A DNA stretch of 38,026 nt from Candidatus Micrarchaeia archaeon (GTDB lineage Archaea; Micrarchaeota; Micrarchaeia; Burarchaeales; JAVZCV01). The notes below the pieces were generated by a model. The model was not told the origin of the DNA and searched no databases. It saw only the letters and a list, made by a program, of their open reading frames with translations. A program made the translations under genes and the position numbers. Positions 21,092 through 30,451 of this stretch are shown here, piece after piece. The DNA is taken from the NCBI GenBank assembly GCA_038874215.1, contig JAVZCV010000008.1, forward strand, positions 1 to 38,026. The letters run 5' to 3'. Position 1 is the first letter of the stretch, and every line of letters starts with the position of its first letter.

Positions 21092-21844
21092 CTATATGTT
21101 TAAAAAGTTCGCAAGGAATAGGCGGATTGGGTGGGGCGGCTCGTACTCTACATTGGCAAGTTCGGCTGCGAATTTTCTTACCGCTATGCTGTAGCGTGAA
21201 TAGGGCTTGTGCCTGACAGCAGGCCTTCCCGATTCAACTGAATCAATAACGCTTTCATCATAGGGGAGGGCACAGAGAGCCTTTGATTCAAGCCAGTTTT
21301 CAGCATCCGCTATTATGCGCTCGGAGTTGCCCCTTACTTTGTTTATCACTATGCCAAGCACGTCAAGCCCGTGCTTCTCTGCAAGCTTTTTTGTTTTCAG
21401 GGTATTGGAGTATGAAGTTAGCTCGGGCGTTGTTATCAGGACGATTTTGTCTGCTATTTTCAGGCTTTCAATAGTGTTCTCCCCAAGCGTGCCGGGCGCA
21501 TCAACAAGAACGAGATCGGCGATATCATCAAGCACATACGTCAGGTTTGAAATTTCGCGCGGATTGACTAGGGAAACTGCATCAACAGACATGCTTGAAG
21601 GTATGACCTTCACCCCAACGGGATGCTCAAATATTGCCTCTGAAATTGTCGCCTCCTGTGATAGAACATCGTGAAGGGTTTTCTCTGGGAATGGCGGGCC
21701 GAGTATGCACCCGAGATCGCCATTTGTAAGATTGGCATCAACAACTATTGTATTCACGCCAAAATCGGAAAGCGCAAGCCCGAGGTTGGCAACGAAGTTG
21801 CTTTTGCCAACGCCACCTTTTCCAGATGCAACGGTTATTATCAT
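21092..21844 (-). CDS. minD: MinD/ParA-family ATPase
   Basis: Deviant Walker A SGKGGVGKS; VDANL, LVDAP, TPE and GIVINK motifs. Start ATG 21844. Confidence 0.88.
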   Translation of the reverse strand: MIITVASGKGGVGKSNFVANLGLALSDFGVNTIVVDANLTNGDLGCILGPPFPEKTLHDVLSQEATISEAIFEHPVGVKVIPSSMSVDAVSLVNPREISNLTYVLDDIADLVLVDAPGTLGENTIESLKIADKIVLITTPELTSYSNTLKTKKLAEKHGLDVLGIVINKVRGNSERIIADAENWLESKALCALPYDESVIDSVESGRPAVRHKPYSRYSIAVRKFAAELANVEYEPPHPIRLFLANFLNI

Positions 21845-21861
21845 ACAACCACCCAGAATGC

Positions 21862-22407
21862 TTATTCCCACGTGCGACCGTTTCTCTTATAGAGGAATTT
21901 GATGTAGTTCATCTCGCGCTCTATGCTTCTCGCAATATCCTCGTGCGTTTTCTCCCGAACCTGGGGCACCCCTATCTTTTGATTGTATACCTTCATGAGG
22001 TATTCCCTCCTCTCCTCAGCCGTCATCCTGTCAAAATCGTAGGATTCGTCCATAAGGACATTCGTGGAGCTGATGAGTATCTCGTTTGCGAGCGGTTCTG
22101 CGAAGCAGGGCTTTTCCTCTGGCTTTTCGGGCTTTTCTATCGGTGGGGGTGGGGGGGGCTCGGGCATGCTCTCTTCCCTTTTCCTCTTTTCAACCTCCTC
22201 TGGGCTCCAATATTTTGCTTTCTCCTCTTCAAGCGCAAGCCCTATGATATCTCCGTGCAGAGTGTAGCCCAAGCCCCGCAACTCTGAAAGAAAGGAGAGC
22301 CATTGCTCGTGATTCCATGCGCCCTTCTGCCTTTCAACAAATTCCCTAAGCTTTCCTGAATTTTTAAGCCTCGCCAATTCTTCGTTCTCTTTCTGGTCGC
22401 CCATCAA
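21862..22407 (-). CDS. Hypothetical protein with a polyproline linker
   Basis: 181-aa ORF co-oriented with minD; helical N-domain (FVERQKGAWNHEQWLSFL) and EPPPPPP linker. Confidence 0.65.
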   Translation of the reverse strand: MMGDQKENEELARLKNSGKLREFVERQKGAWNHEQWLSFLSELRGLGYTLHGDIIGLALEEEKAKYWSPEEVEKRKREESMPEPPPPPPIEKPEKPEEKPCFAEPLANEILISSTNVLMDESYDFDRMTAEERREYLMKVYNQKIGVPQVREKTHEDIARSIEREMNYIKFLYKRNGRTWE

Positions 22408-22473
22408 ATCACTTTTGCGAGTGATTCGTGTAGATTATACGCTTGAGGGTATTTAAGTTTTTTGTTGCACTCC

Positions 22474-23235
22474 TCATAAATCGCTCGTTCTCTTCCACGC
22501 TATTCCGTATTCCTCACATAAATTCTGAATTTTTTCCCTCTGTGCGCTTGTCAATCCCTTCCAGTCAATCAGGACAAAATCCACGTTCTCAACTGTTTTT
22601 TCAATTCCCTGAGAAAACGTTTCATAGTCAATATTGTCAACGTGGTATTGGGGGAGTATGTGGCCTACGGCGTAATCCTTATTCAATATGATTTTTGTGA
22701 AGGCTGGCGTGTAATGCGGACCTCCTACACCAAACGCCGTCGGGAACTCGTCTTCTGAATCAACAACATCTACTATTGCGCTTGCGACTATCTCAACCGC
22801 CGTTTTGTCGTTCCACTCGTTTTCGCTGCTTCCTATCTCAACAAAAAGTGAAGGCTTCTGGAATGTCGGCCCGTGGTGCGTGCATTCTGCGACAACCTGC
22901 CAGAAGAAATTCCTCTCTTTCGCATGCTTTACGAGAGAGTTCAGCGCAACTTTCAGCTTGCTTGCGGGAGCGATGCTCAGCGTCTTCGGCTCTCCTCCGT
23001 GCTCTGCAAGGTTCCAGTTGCCAGGAACATGGGCTGTGAGGCATGGCTTGCCAGAGACGCTCTTGTGCCTGCTTGCAAACAGGCAGATTTCGCAGTCTGG
23101 CGGCTCCTTCAAATGAAGAAGCGATTCCTCGTATTCCGCAAACCCGAACGCAATCCCGCATTCTTTCAGCTTCATCGCTATATTCGTCCCAGCAACATCC
23201 TGCTTTGAGAAGAGTATCAGGAATTTAGATGCCAT
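22474..23235 (-). CDS. dtdA: Archaeal D-aminoacyl-tRNA deacylase (DTD2/DtdA)
   Basis: FASRHKS, LTAHVPGN, ECTHHGP, FVEIGS, GGPHY, GHILP and IDWKG motifs. Confidence 0.94.
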   Translation of the reverse strand: MASKFLILFSKQDVAGTNIAMKLKECGIAFGFAEYEESLLHLKEPPDCEICLFASRHKSVSGKPCLTAHVPGNWNLAEHGGEPKTLSIAPASKLKVALNSLVKHAKERNFFWQVVAECTHHGPTFQKPSLFVEIGSSENEWNDKTAVEIVASAIVDVVDSEDEFPTAFGVGGPHYTPAFTKIILNKDYAVGHILPQYHVDNIDYETFSQGIEKTVENVDFVLIDWKGLTSAQREKIQNLCEEYGIAWKRTSDL

Positions 23236-23259
23236 GACTGAATTTTTTTGGAAAGTTTA

Positions 23260-25974
23260 TTATTTCTGCCAGTAGTGTTTTGTGCGTATGAACTGTTTCT
23301 GTGCTTCAAGAAGCGCTGCGAAGAATGTGCTGTCATCCCTGTGCGCATAGCGGAGTATTCTCGCCGCCGTATCGTTGCCAACCCCGTATGTGCTCAGAGC
23401 TATGACTGCTCTCTTCCCAGAAGCTTCTACGAGATGGGCTGAGCGGATGAGCTCCTTCCAGCGCTCCTTGTCTTTCTTGTCTATTTTCTCGTTTCTTTCT
23501 ATGGGCGCAACGAGGGGGCTTTTGCATTTTGGGCATGCAATGCGTGATGGCAGATTGCGCAGCTTTTCGTAGAATATTGAATTGCAGTATGTGCAGAACA
23601 TGCGGGCTGTCTTTTCAAGAAGCTCTTCTGCAAACATCCGCACTATCTCAGAGGAAGGCTCTATCGGGGAGATGAGCTCGCCGAAGCGCTCCGCCTTCGC
23701 TACAACCATGTCCCCAAAGGGGGTTGTCTTGCCAAAATTGGTTAGAAGCTCTATCCCCCTATCGATTTTCCCGAGAATTTCAGTAGTTCCGCGTACATCA
23801 AAATAGCTGTGGAGTACCGTCCTTACCGTCTCCTCATATACGAGAGTTTGCGAGAACTTTTCAACGAGGCTTTTCGTAACTTTTTTAGGCTCTGACATCA
23901 GCCCGAAAAGTTTTGCAACATGAACAAATTTATAGAGGAGAAGCCTGCTTTCAGCGATATATTTCCTGACGTCTTCATCAACGTTCTCTTTGCGGAACAG
24001 GGAGCGCACCATATCCTGCGTCAAGCGCCCCTTGAATTGCAAGAAGATTGAGTTCTGGTCTGCTGTGAAACGCGCACTCGTGCCAAGCAGGCGAGAAATC
24101 CTAACGGAAAAGAGGGCACCGAGTGTCTCGTTTATCCGAGAGCCGAAAAACGTATGTATTATTGCTGCATCGTCGCATACCTCCACTAAAATTCTCTTGT
24201 CTGTTGGTAGGGGGTCCTGTGATTCAACGAATTTTTTCGCGTTTGCAAACGTATCTGCGCTCGCATGGTATTCTGCTGCTATCGTGCTTATCTCCTCGCT
24301 GTTCGCCGGCGCTATTCTTCCTATCAAAGCCCCAACCTCTTGCGAAACCTCAAATGGTACGGGAAGCTCCTCCCCAAGCCACGCGGGTATCGCACCAGTT
24401 ATATCGTCTGACGGCTCAACTATGACGGACTCGCCGTGCATGTCCAAAACGCGCCACGGCGTTCCTTTTACTATGAAAACAGTTCCGATTTCAAGCGTAG
24501 CCGCAAAGTCCTCGTCAAGCAGGGAGACGAGCCTGTTTGAAACGGCATTCATAACTCTGAATTTTCTCTCGCTTGGTATCGTGCTCAGATTCTGGTAGTA
24601 ATACTCGCGGGTGTAAGCACGCCTTGATATCTCCGTTCCTTTCAAGAAGACGAGCCCCTCTGCCTCAAGCTGCTTTACAACCCCTAGGAATTTCTCGTAT
24701 GAAAGATTTCTGAAGATATAGGAGCGCTTGACGGTGCTGAAAACCCTTTCCAATGTAGTAGAGTTTTCTTCGAGTAGGATGCCCGCAATCTGGTGCGCGA
24801 GCACATCAAGCGGAAAATCCATGGCGCTTTCTTTTTCTACAAGCCCTTTTGATGCTCTCCTCGCTATGACGCAGGACTCAAGAAAATCAAAAACATCTCC
24901 CGCTATTATCGTGCCCTTCGGTGTCTTTTCCATTCTATGGCCGCTTCTCCCTACTCGCTGTATGAGCCGTGCGGCCTGCCGTGGAGACATGTACTGAACA
25001 ACGTGCTCCACATCTCCGATGTCTATGCCAAGTTCAAGGGATGACGTGGCTATAAGCCCTTTTATTTCGCTCTCCTTGAATTTTTTCTCTGTTTTAAGGC
25101 GCGCCTCTTTTGAAAGCGAGCCATGGTGAACATCAATGTGCTCATTCAGTATGCGGAGGCGCGAGGAAAGCACCTCGGCCATATATCTCGTATTTACGAA
25201 TGCAAGAGTCTTCTCTCTTTTTATCATTTCGTTGAGAAGAAAGAGCCTCGCCGTCGCATTCTCATCTAGGAAGAGCTCGTTTGATAAAGCAAGATCCTTT
25301 TCGGTTGCTTTCGGCATTACTACGGATATGTCCATCTGCCTGCTTCTATCGTAAGAGATTATTTCGCATTTGCCATGAGGGCATAAGAAGCGTGCAAGCT
25401 CCTCTGCATTTCCCACCGTTGCGCTTATGCCTATTCTCTGGAAATCGCCCGCCTTTTCCCGAAGCCTTTCAAGGGCTATTGAAAGCTGGGCACCCCTTTT
25501 ATCTGGAAAAAGCTCGTGTATCTCATCAACAATCACGTAGCGGACGTTTCGCAAATGGCTGCCCATTTTTGGGGCGGGAAGCATCGCTTGAAGGGTTTCG
25601 GGCGTTGTTATAAGAAGATGGTGGGGCTTCTTTGCCTGCCTCGTCCTTTCTGCCCTATCCGTATCCCCGTGCCGAACTGAAACGGAAATGCCAATGGCAG
25701 AGCACCACCAAGAAATCCGCTCAATCAAGTCCCTGTTAAGCGCTTTGAGAGGCGTTATGTAAAGGGTGCTTATGGGCTCATGCACTTCATTGATGAGCTT
25801 TTCAAATATTGGGAGAAGGGCTGCCTCTGTTTTTCCAAACCCTGTGGGTGCGATAATAAGCGCATTCCTTCCGCTGTAAATTGCGCTATAGCTTCGCGCC
25901 TGCAAATCTGTAAGGCTACCGAATCTTGCCTCTACTAATTCTGAAAGCCGCCTTCCCATGCGGGGTTGCATCAA
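23260..25974 (-). CDS. lhr: Lhr-like SF2 helicase with C-terminal Zn ribbon
   Basis: APTGFGKT, RHGDT, TTPE, DEIH, SAT, HHGSLS, LELGIDIG and QRVGRSGH motifs; CTYC...CPKC. Confidence 0.94.
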   Translation of the reverse strand: MMQPRMGRRLSELVEARFGSLTDLQARSYSAIYSGRNALIIAPTGFGKTEAALLPIFEKLINEVHEPISTLYITPLKALNRDLIERISWWCSAIGISVSVRHGDTDRAERTRQAKKPHHLLITTPETLQAMLPAPKMGSHLRNVRYVIVDEIHELFPDKRGAQLSIALERLREKAGDFQRIGISATVGNAEELARFLCPHGKCEIISYDRSRQMDISVVMPKATEKDLALSNELFLDENATARLFLLNEMIKREKTLAFVNTRYMAEVLSSRLRILNEHIDVHHGSLSKEARLKTEKKFKESEIKGLIATSSLELGIDIGDVEHVVQYMSPRQAARLIQRVGRSGHRMEKTPKGTIIAGDVFDFLESCVIARRASKGLVEKESAMDFPLDVLAHQIAGILLEENSTTLERVFSTVKRSYIFRNLSYEKFLGVVKQLEAEGLVFLKGTEISRRAYTREYYYQNLSTIPSERKFRVMNAVSNRLVSLLDEDFAATLEIGTVFIVKGTPWRVLDMHGESVIVEPSDDITGAIPAWLGEELPVPFEVSQEVGALIGRIAPANSEEISTIAAEYHASADTFANAKKFVESQDPLPTDKRILVEVCDDAAIIHTFFGSRINETLGALFSVRISRLLGTSARFTADQNSIFLQFKGRLTQDMVRSLFRKENVDEDVRKYIAESRLLLYKFVHVAKLFGLMSEPKKVTKSLVEKFSQTLVYEETVRTVLHSYFDVRGTTEILGKIDRGIELLTNFGKTTPFGDMVVAKAERFGELISPIEPSSEIVRMFAEELLEKTARMFCTYCNSIFYEKLRNLPSRIACPKCKSPLVAPIERNEKIDKKDKERWKELIRSAHLVEASGKRAVIALSTYGVGNDTAARILRYAHRDDSTFFAALLEAQKQFIRTKHYWQK

Positions 25975-26451
25975 CTAGTATTTGTACATCCTTTTAAGTA
26001 GTTTTATCGCCTCCCTCACCTTTGAGAATGCAGTCTCAAAGCTGCTTCGGTAGTTATGCTCGAGTGCTGCCTCAAGGTCGCCCTGCTCAGAGAAGGGTGA
26101 TGAAGAAAAACGATAATGGCCCTTTTCTCTTTCTAAAATGCCAGCCCTCTGCAACTGCAGAAGATGGTACCTCACCGTTTTCTCCTTTACACTGCCGTCT
26201 TTCTCCTGCATATACTTTATTATTGAGGACACATCCGGGTTCGCCTTCTTGGTGAACTGAAAGTAGAGGAGGGCATCCAAAAGCGCAATCATCGTTCTTC
26301 GGGACTCGCCTGGCGATATGAGCCCTATTGACATTGCGAGCCATCGGATAAGAGAGCGCCTTGTGAGCTTGACGTCTTTTGTAAGAAGCATGTCGCGGAG
26401 GAGAATCTCCTTTCTAATGAGTTCGGCTTCGGGCATTCTTCCTTTCTGCAT
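25975..26451 (-). CDS. Winged-helix HTH protein
   Basis: EKTVRYHLLQLQRAGILEREKGHYRF recognition helix and wing. Confidence 0.75.
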   Translation of the reverse strand: MQKGRMPEAELIRKEILLRDMLLTKDVKLTRRSLIRWLAMSIGLISPGESRRTMIALLDALLYFQFTKKANPDVSSIIKYMQEKDGSVKEKTVRYHLLQLQRAGILEREKGHYRFSSSPFSEQGDLEAALEHNYRSSFETAFSKVREAIKLLKRMYKY

Positions 26452-26548
26452 TGAAACCTATTTGCAGGCAAGTTTTATATGCCTTAATCTGCCTGCAATG
26501 TTAAATTAGTATTAAATATTGGTGGTGAGAAAGTTTTAGAGTGATTGT

Positions 26549-27355
26549 ATGAGAGCTAAGAAACAAACAAAAGCTTCAAAAGAGAGGAAAGTGGTGATTG
26601 AAGCGCCCGAGCCACCAAAGGAGAAAGAGGTCGCTGTGGAGGAGCAGGCTTTGATGCCGACGGGCATACCTGGGCTTGACGATATTGTTGGCGGTGGTTT
26701 TAGGAGAGGCAACGTGATAGCTGTTGGTGGCGGGCCCGGAACAGGAAAAACTACGTTTGCGTTGCAGTTCCTTGTGAACGGCATAAGAAAGTATGGAGAG
26801 CCCGGAATGTTCATAAGTTTTGAGGAGACGAAACATGAGTTATTGGGCAACATGTCATCCTATGACTGGAATCTTGAGGAGCTTGAAAAAGAGGGTAAGC
26901 TGATCTTTCTGAACTACATGCCGCACGATGTTGATAGGTTTATTAACGATGAGTTTGCGATAGAGAACACGATAAGGGAGCATGGTGTGAAGAGGCTTGC
27001 GGTTGATAGCATAAGCTCCCTCGCAACCATTTATGAGTCGGAAAAGGCTGAGCGAATCGGCTTCCTTAGGATGACGGATAGGATAAAAACATGGGGATGC
27101 ACAACCATCCTCGTGCTTAATACGAAGACAAACTATTATGGGGAGATAATCTCTCATGGCAGGATAGAGTTCCTTGCAGACGGACTGATATACCTGTATC
27201 GCATAAGAAAAGATGAGAAGGTAATGCGTGCTCTTGAAGTACTGAAGATGAGGGGGGCCAAAATCTCGGATGCAATGCATAGGTTTGAATTCACGAAGGG
27301 AGGAATCGCCGTGGTGGGGGAGAGTCCGTCCCGTGAGGTGAGCGAAGTTGAGTAA
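26549..27355 (+). CDS. Single-domain KaiC-like/RAD55 ATPase
   Basis: PTGIPGLD, GGPGTGKT, SFEE, LAVDSIS, FLADG and LEVLKMRG motifs. Confidence 0.93.
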   Translation: MRAKKQTKASKERKVVIEAPEPPKEKEVAVEEQALMPTGIPGLDDIVGGGFRRGNVIAVGGGPGTGKTTFALQFLVNGIRKYGEPGMFISFEETKHELLGNMSSYDWNLEELEKEGKLIFLNYMPHDVDRFINDEFAIENTIREHGVKRLAVDSISSLATIYESEKAERIGFLRMTDRIKTWGCTTILVLNTKTNYYGEIISHGRIEFLADGLIYLYRIRKDEKVMRALEVLKMRGAKISDAMHRFEFTKGGIAVVGESPSREVSEVE

Positions 27356-27713
27356 TTTTAGAATAAAGAGCAGCTTTTATCCGCTCAGCCTTACTGCATA
27401 CACAAAGTGCAATGTTGAGCTCACGTTGGAGATAGAGAACATAGGGAATTCGGATTTATGGACAGAATGCGATGTGCATGTTCCAGAAGCGCTTTCTCTC
27501 GCGCCCGACAGAAGCCTTCAGAAAGGGAGACTTAGGATAGGCATAATAAACCCTGGCGAGACCAGATATGGTAGGTGCAAGGTATACAGCAGTTCAAAAA
27601 GCTATCCTGATGTTTTCCCAGTAAAACTCGTTGTCTACGGGTTTGGGAAGGATGGCGCGATAGTTGCAAGAGAGGAAAAAACTGCGCACTTGAGATGCGA
27701 GAGGATAGGCTAG
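27348..27713 (+). CDS. Small beta-sandwich (Ig/CARDB-like) hypothetical protein
   Basis: LTLEIENIG...IGIINPGET pattern; no signal peptide; overlaps the KaiC-like gene. Confidence 0.65.
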   Translation: MSNFRIKSSFYPLSLTAYTKCNVELTLEIENIGNSDLWTECDVHVPEALSLAPDRSLQKGRLRIGIINPGETRYGRCKVYSSSKSYPDVFPVKLVVYGFGKDGAIVAREEKTAHLRCERIG

Positions 27714-28255
27714 GTGCGCTCTTTCTGCGCCTTTCTCGTCCTTGCATCGTCAACGACGGCGAGCCAGCTGTCTCCTATTTTGGTCAGATAATTACCGAAT
27801 GTTTTGCTTAGTGAAACTATCATTGGCCTGTATTTTCTCCTCTCGTCAACCACCATGGTTTCTCTTTCTACTTTCACCATTCCAACACGCTTCAGCCTTG
27901 GAAGGACGCGGTTGTAGAAGGTTGCTTTTGAAACGCCTCGGCTTTTTACAAATTCGCTTATCTCTGAGCCACGCACGCTCACGCGTTCATGAAGGAATTG
28001 CATGAAGGCGAGCGCTGTCTCGTGGTATTTTGCTTGGTATTTTTTCGGGAAGACGAAATTCACAACCTCGTCCAACCCCCAGAGGTTTCTCGTGGGGTTC
28101 TCTTCGTCATCTTGGAAGGCACGAAGCTCTTTGCCGTAATGTGGCGGGAGATAGAGGGATTCGGATGAGGGCACGCCTCTTGAAGCAATGCGCCTTTTCG
28201 CTTCTTCCCTAAGCTCTTCCGCTAGTTGCCCCTGCTCCTGCTTTCTTTCCTCCAT
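27710..28255 (-). CDS. Putative winged-helix HTH protein
   Basis: SKATFYNRVLPRLKRVGMVKVER; GGTG RBS upstream. Confidence 0.7.
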   Translation of the reverse strand: MEERKQEQGQLAEELREEAKRRIASRGVPSSESLYLPPHYGKELRAFQDDEENPTRNLWGLDEVVNFVFPKKYQAKYHETALAFMQFLHERVSVRGSEISEFVKSRGVSKATFYNRVLPRLKRVGMVKVERETMVVDERRKYRPMIVSLSKTFGNYLTKIGDSWLAVVDDARTRKAQKERT

Positions 28256-28271
28256 CTGGCCACCTATATCA

Positions 28272-29365
28272 TTTCAGTAAACCGTATATAAATTTGTTTC
28301 CGTTTTACGGCTTGGCACTATGGAAAAATATTTTAAGAAATTCTAATATTGTTTTATCAAAACAGCAAAAGAGATTTTTTTCTTTTTGGAAAAATTTTTT
28401 TCTATTTTCTCATATAGTTTTAGATAAATATTTTTCTAGATTTATTTTTGAATTTCTATATTATTTTTGGATAGGGATTTGGGCTCTGCCTGATGCCTTT
28501 GCATTATTCACGACTAGAACGTTCGTTACCATAACGCTATTTTTTCGTTCAAGCTCTATCTCATTTACGCATGCATTTTTCTGCGGGATTCTGTAATAAA
28601 TATTGCTGGGGAAACCCGAGCATATACCTATTAAAGCCCTGTTAAAGTCTCCGTGTGATACTGCGAGGACTGTTTTGTAGGTGGTTTTTGTGAACTCATT
28701 CAGGAATTTGGCTGCTCTCGCTTCTACTTCATGCCACGGCTCTACGCCTTCTGCTTGCTTCACGCTTTTTCCATTTTCCATAAAGCTGCTTGGCATAGCT
28801 TTCAGCGCATCTTCAAGCCGCATGCCTTCAAGAATACCATAATTTCTCTCATTGAGGAGGGGCGTTTTTATGTGCGGCAGGCCCGCATGCTCCCGCAGTA
28901 TTATGCTTGCCGTTTCTATTGAGCGAATTAATGTGCTTGAATAAACTGCATCAAGCCTTTCGTTTCTGAATCTTTGCGCAAGAAGGCGGCTTTGGCTGAT
29001 GCCTTTTTCAGTGAGTGGCGAATCCGTTTTACCCTGTATTCGGTTCTCAAAATTATAGAGGCTCTCGGCATGCCTTATGAGAAAAAGTTTCATGAAGTCC
29101 TATCAGCGTAAAAAAATTAAAAAAATGGCGCAAAGGTAGCCTGTTCATGAAAAATTTTGCTAAAAATTTGGATTTTGGTTAGTGTATGGGGTAGTTTGGC
29201 TTTAGAAAACAGCAGAAAAAGATTACTTTTTCAGTAAACCGCAAAATAAACGAACATTGCAACAGCATACCGCGGATTGATTTTTAGCGTTTTTTCACCA
29301 TTTTTTGCATATAACCCCGCTTCCGCCATCAATTTTTCCCAAATAACATCGTATCAATAAACCGC
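28272..29365. repeat. Dispersed short motifs shared by the two AT-rich intergenic regions flanking the histidine phosphatase gene
   Basis: TTTCAGTAAACCG at 28272-28284 and 29229-29241; variant TCAATAAACCG at 29354-29364; AAAACAGCA-x-GATT at about 28359-28376 and 29206-29224. Confidence 0.55.
28461..29093 (-). CDS. Histidine phosphatase (phosphoglycerate mutase family)
   Basis: LIRHAES, PLTEKG, YSSTLIRS, LNERNYG and VSHG motifs. Confidence 0.92.
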   Translation of the reverse strand: MKLFLIRHAESLYNFENRIQGKTDSPLTEKGISQSRLLAQRFRNERLDAVYSSTLIRSIETASIILREHAGLPHIKTPLLNERNYGILEGMRLEDALKAMPSSFMENGKSVKQAEGVEPWHEVEARAAKFLNEFTKTTYKTVLAVSHGDFNRALIGICSGFPSNIYYRIPQKNACVNEIELERKNSVMVTNVLVVNNAKASGRAQIPIQK

Positions 29366-29528
29366 GGTGTCGTTTTAGCGCTAATGAAATTTTATTTTGG
29401 TTTACTTTATAGGTAATAATGCTACTTTTTGGGTACACTTTGGCGATGTAGCGCATAAGTGGAAGGTTTTATAAATTCTTTTTCCATAATAATATTGCTT
29501 GTTATTACTTCTGGTTGGAGGTGAGTTA

Positions 29529-30413
29529 GTGTTTAACACTGAGGACCACGTAAACGCAGCTGCCGGAATAGTTAAAGAAGCCATAGTGGAACAGGGGAGG
29601 TTTAGAGCAGAGGGTACTGCAAGAAATCTTCTTTTGTATTCCATAGAAGTGCTTGGGGAAGCTGGGGGATGGTTCTATGGTGATGTAGTAAAGCTTCTTG
29701 AAGAAGCCTTGGGGGCTTTTAAAGGCGATGTTGAAATAGAAGGGAAGATAACTTTGGCGATAGAGAGATACTGGCAGGCATGTTATGAAGAATACGGCCT
29801 TTCTTATCCTCCTGGCAGCAGGGAACGCAAGGTATGGGAGGAATGGCAGAACAAGAGGCAGGAGGAAAGGGCACTTGAACGTGCGAGTAGGGGAATACCA
29901 TACATTTACGTAATTGCCATTTATCCACCGAAATCAGCTTTAAAATACGCTGTTGATAAGAGGGAGGTAAGCAGGGCGCATTTAAGATTAGATTTGGTTG
30001 AGGTGTGGCGAACGATGAAACTAATTATAGAGCCCGCAATCATGGCGGGGGGTATAGGATCAGCCCATCAGCTTGACGCTGTTGCAGAAGATCTGTGCAA
30101 GATAGCAAGATGGGCACGAAGGATAGGCGGGATATACTCCCCGGATTACGAAAGACTCGTAAACTCCGTAAACAAGCTTGAAGAAATGATTAGCACTCTT
30201 GAAGCTCTTGTTAATAAGAAGAGCAACAGAGGTGAAGGGTGGGGTATAGACAACGTGAACGAATATATTAAAAGCTCACGGAATTATCTTGTCGCAATTA
30301 GGGAGGCTATGCAAAGCATAGCCGTTATCGGAGAGAAAAAACTGCCGATAGGACAAAGGAATGGAGCAAGGCTGCGAAACAAACCCCGTCCTAATGGTTT
30401 AGCAAAAATATAA
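29529..30413 (+). CDS. Orphan hypothetical protein
   Basis: Long open frame with a strong GGAGGTGA RBS before GTG 29529; no recognisable motif. Confidence 0.65.
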   Translation: MFNTEDHVNAAAGIVKEAIVEQGRFRAEGTARNLLLYSIEVLGEAGGWFYGDVVKLLEEALGAFKGDVEIEGKITLAIERYWQACYEEYGLSYPPGSRERKVWEEWQNKRQEERALERASRGIPYIYVIAIYPPKSALKYAVDKREVSRAHLRLDLVEVWRTMKLIIEPAIMAGGIGSAHQLDAVAEDLCKIARWARRIGGIYSPDYERLVNSVNKLEEMISTLEALVNKKSNRGEGWGIDNVNEYIKSSRNYLVAIREAMQSIAVIGEKKLPIGQRNGARLRNKPRPNGLAKI

Positions 30414-30451
30414 TTAGATTTTCTAAAACTTTTTTTAAGAAGCGGGGGGGG

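Noticed and set aside
28294-28596. Phe-rich 100-aa ORF
   Set aside because: Product of the T-rich intergenic tract and antisense overlap with the phosphatase gene.
30444-30451. G8 homopolymer as a phase-variation tract
   Set aside because: Lies between two convergent stop codons, so slippage would not affect a reading frame or promoter.
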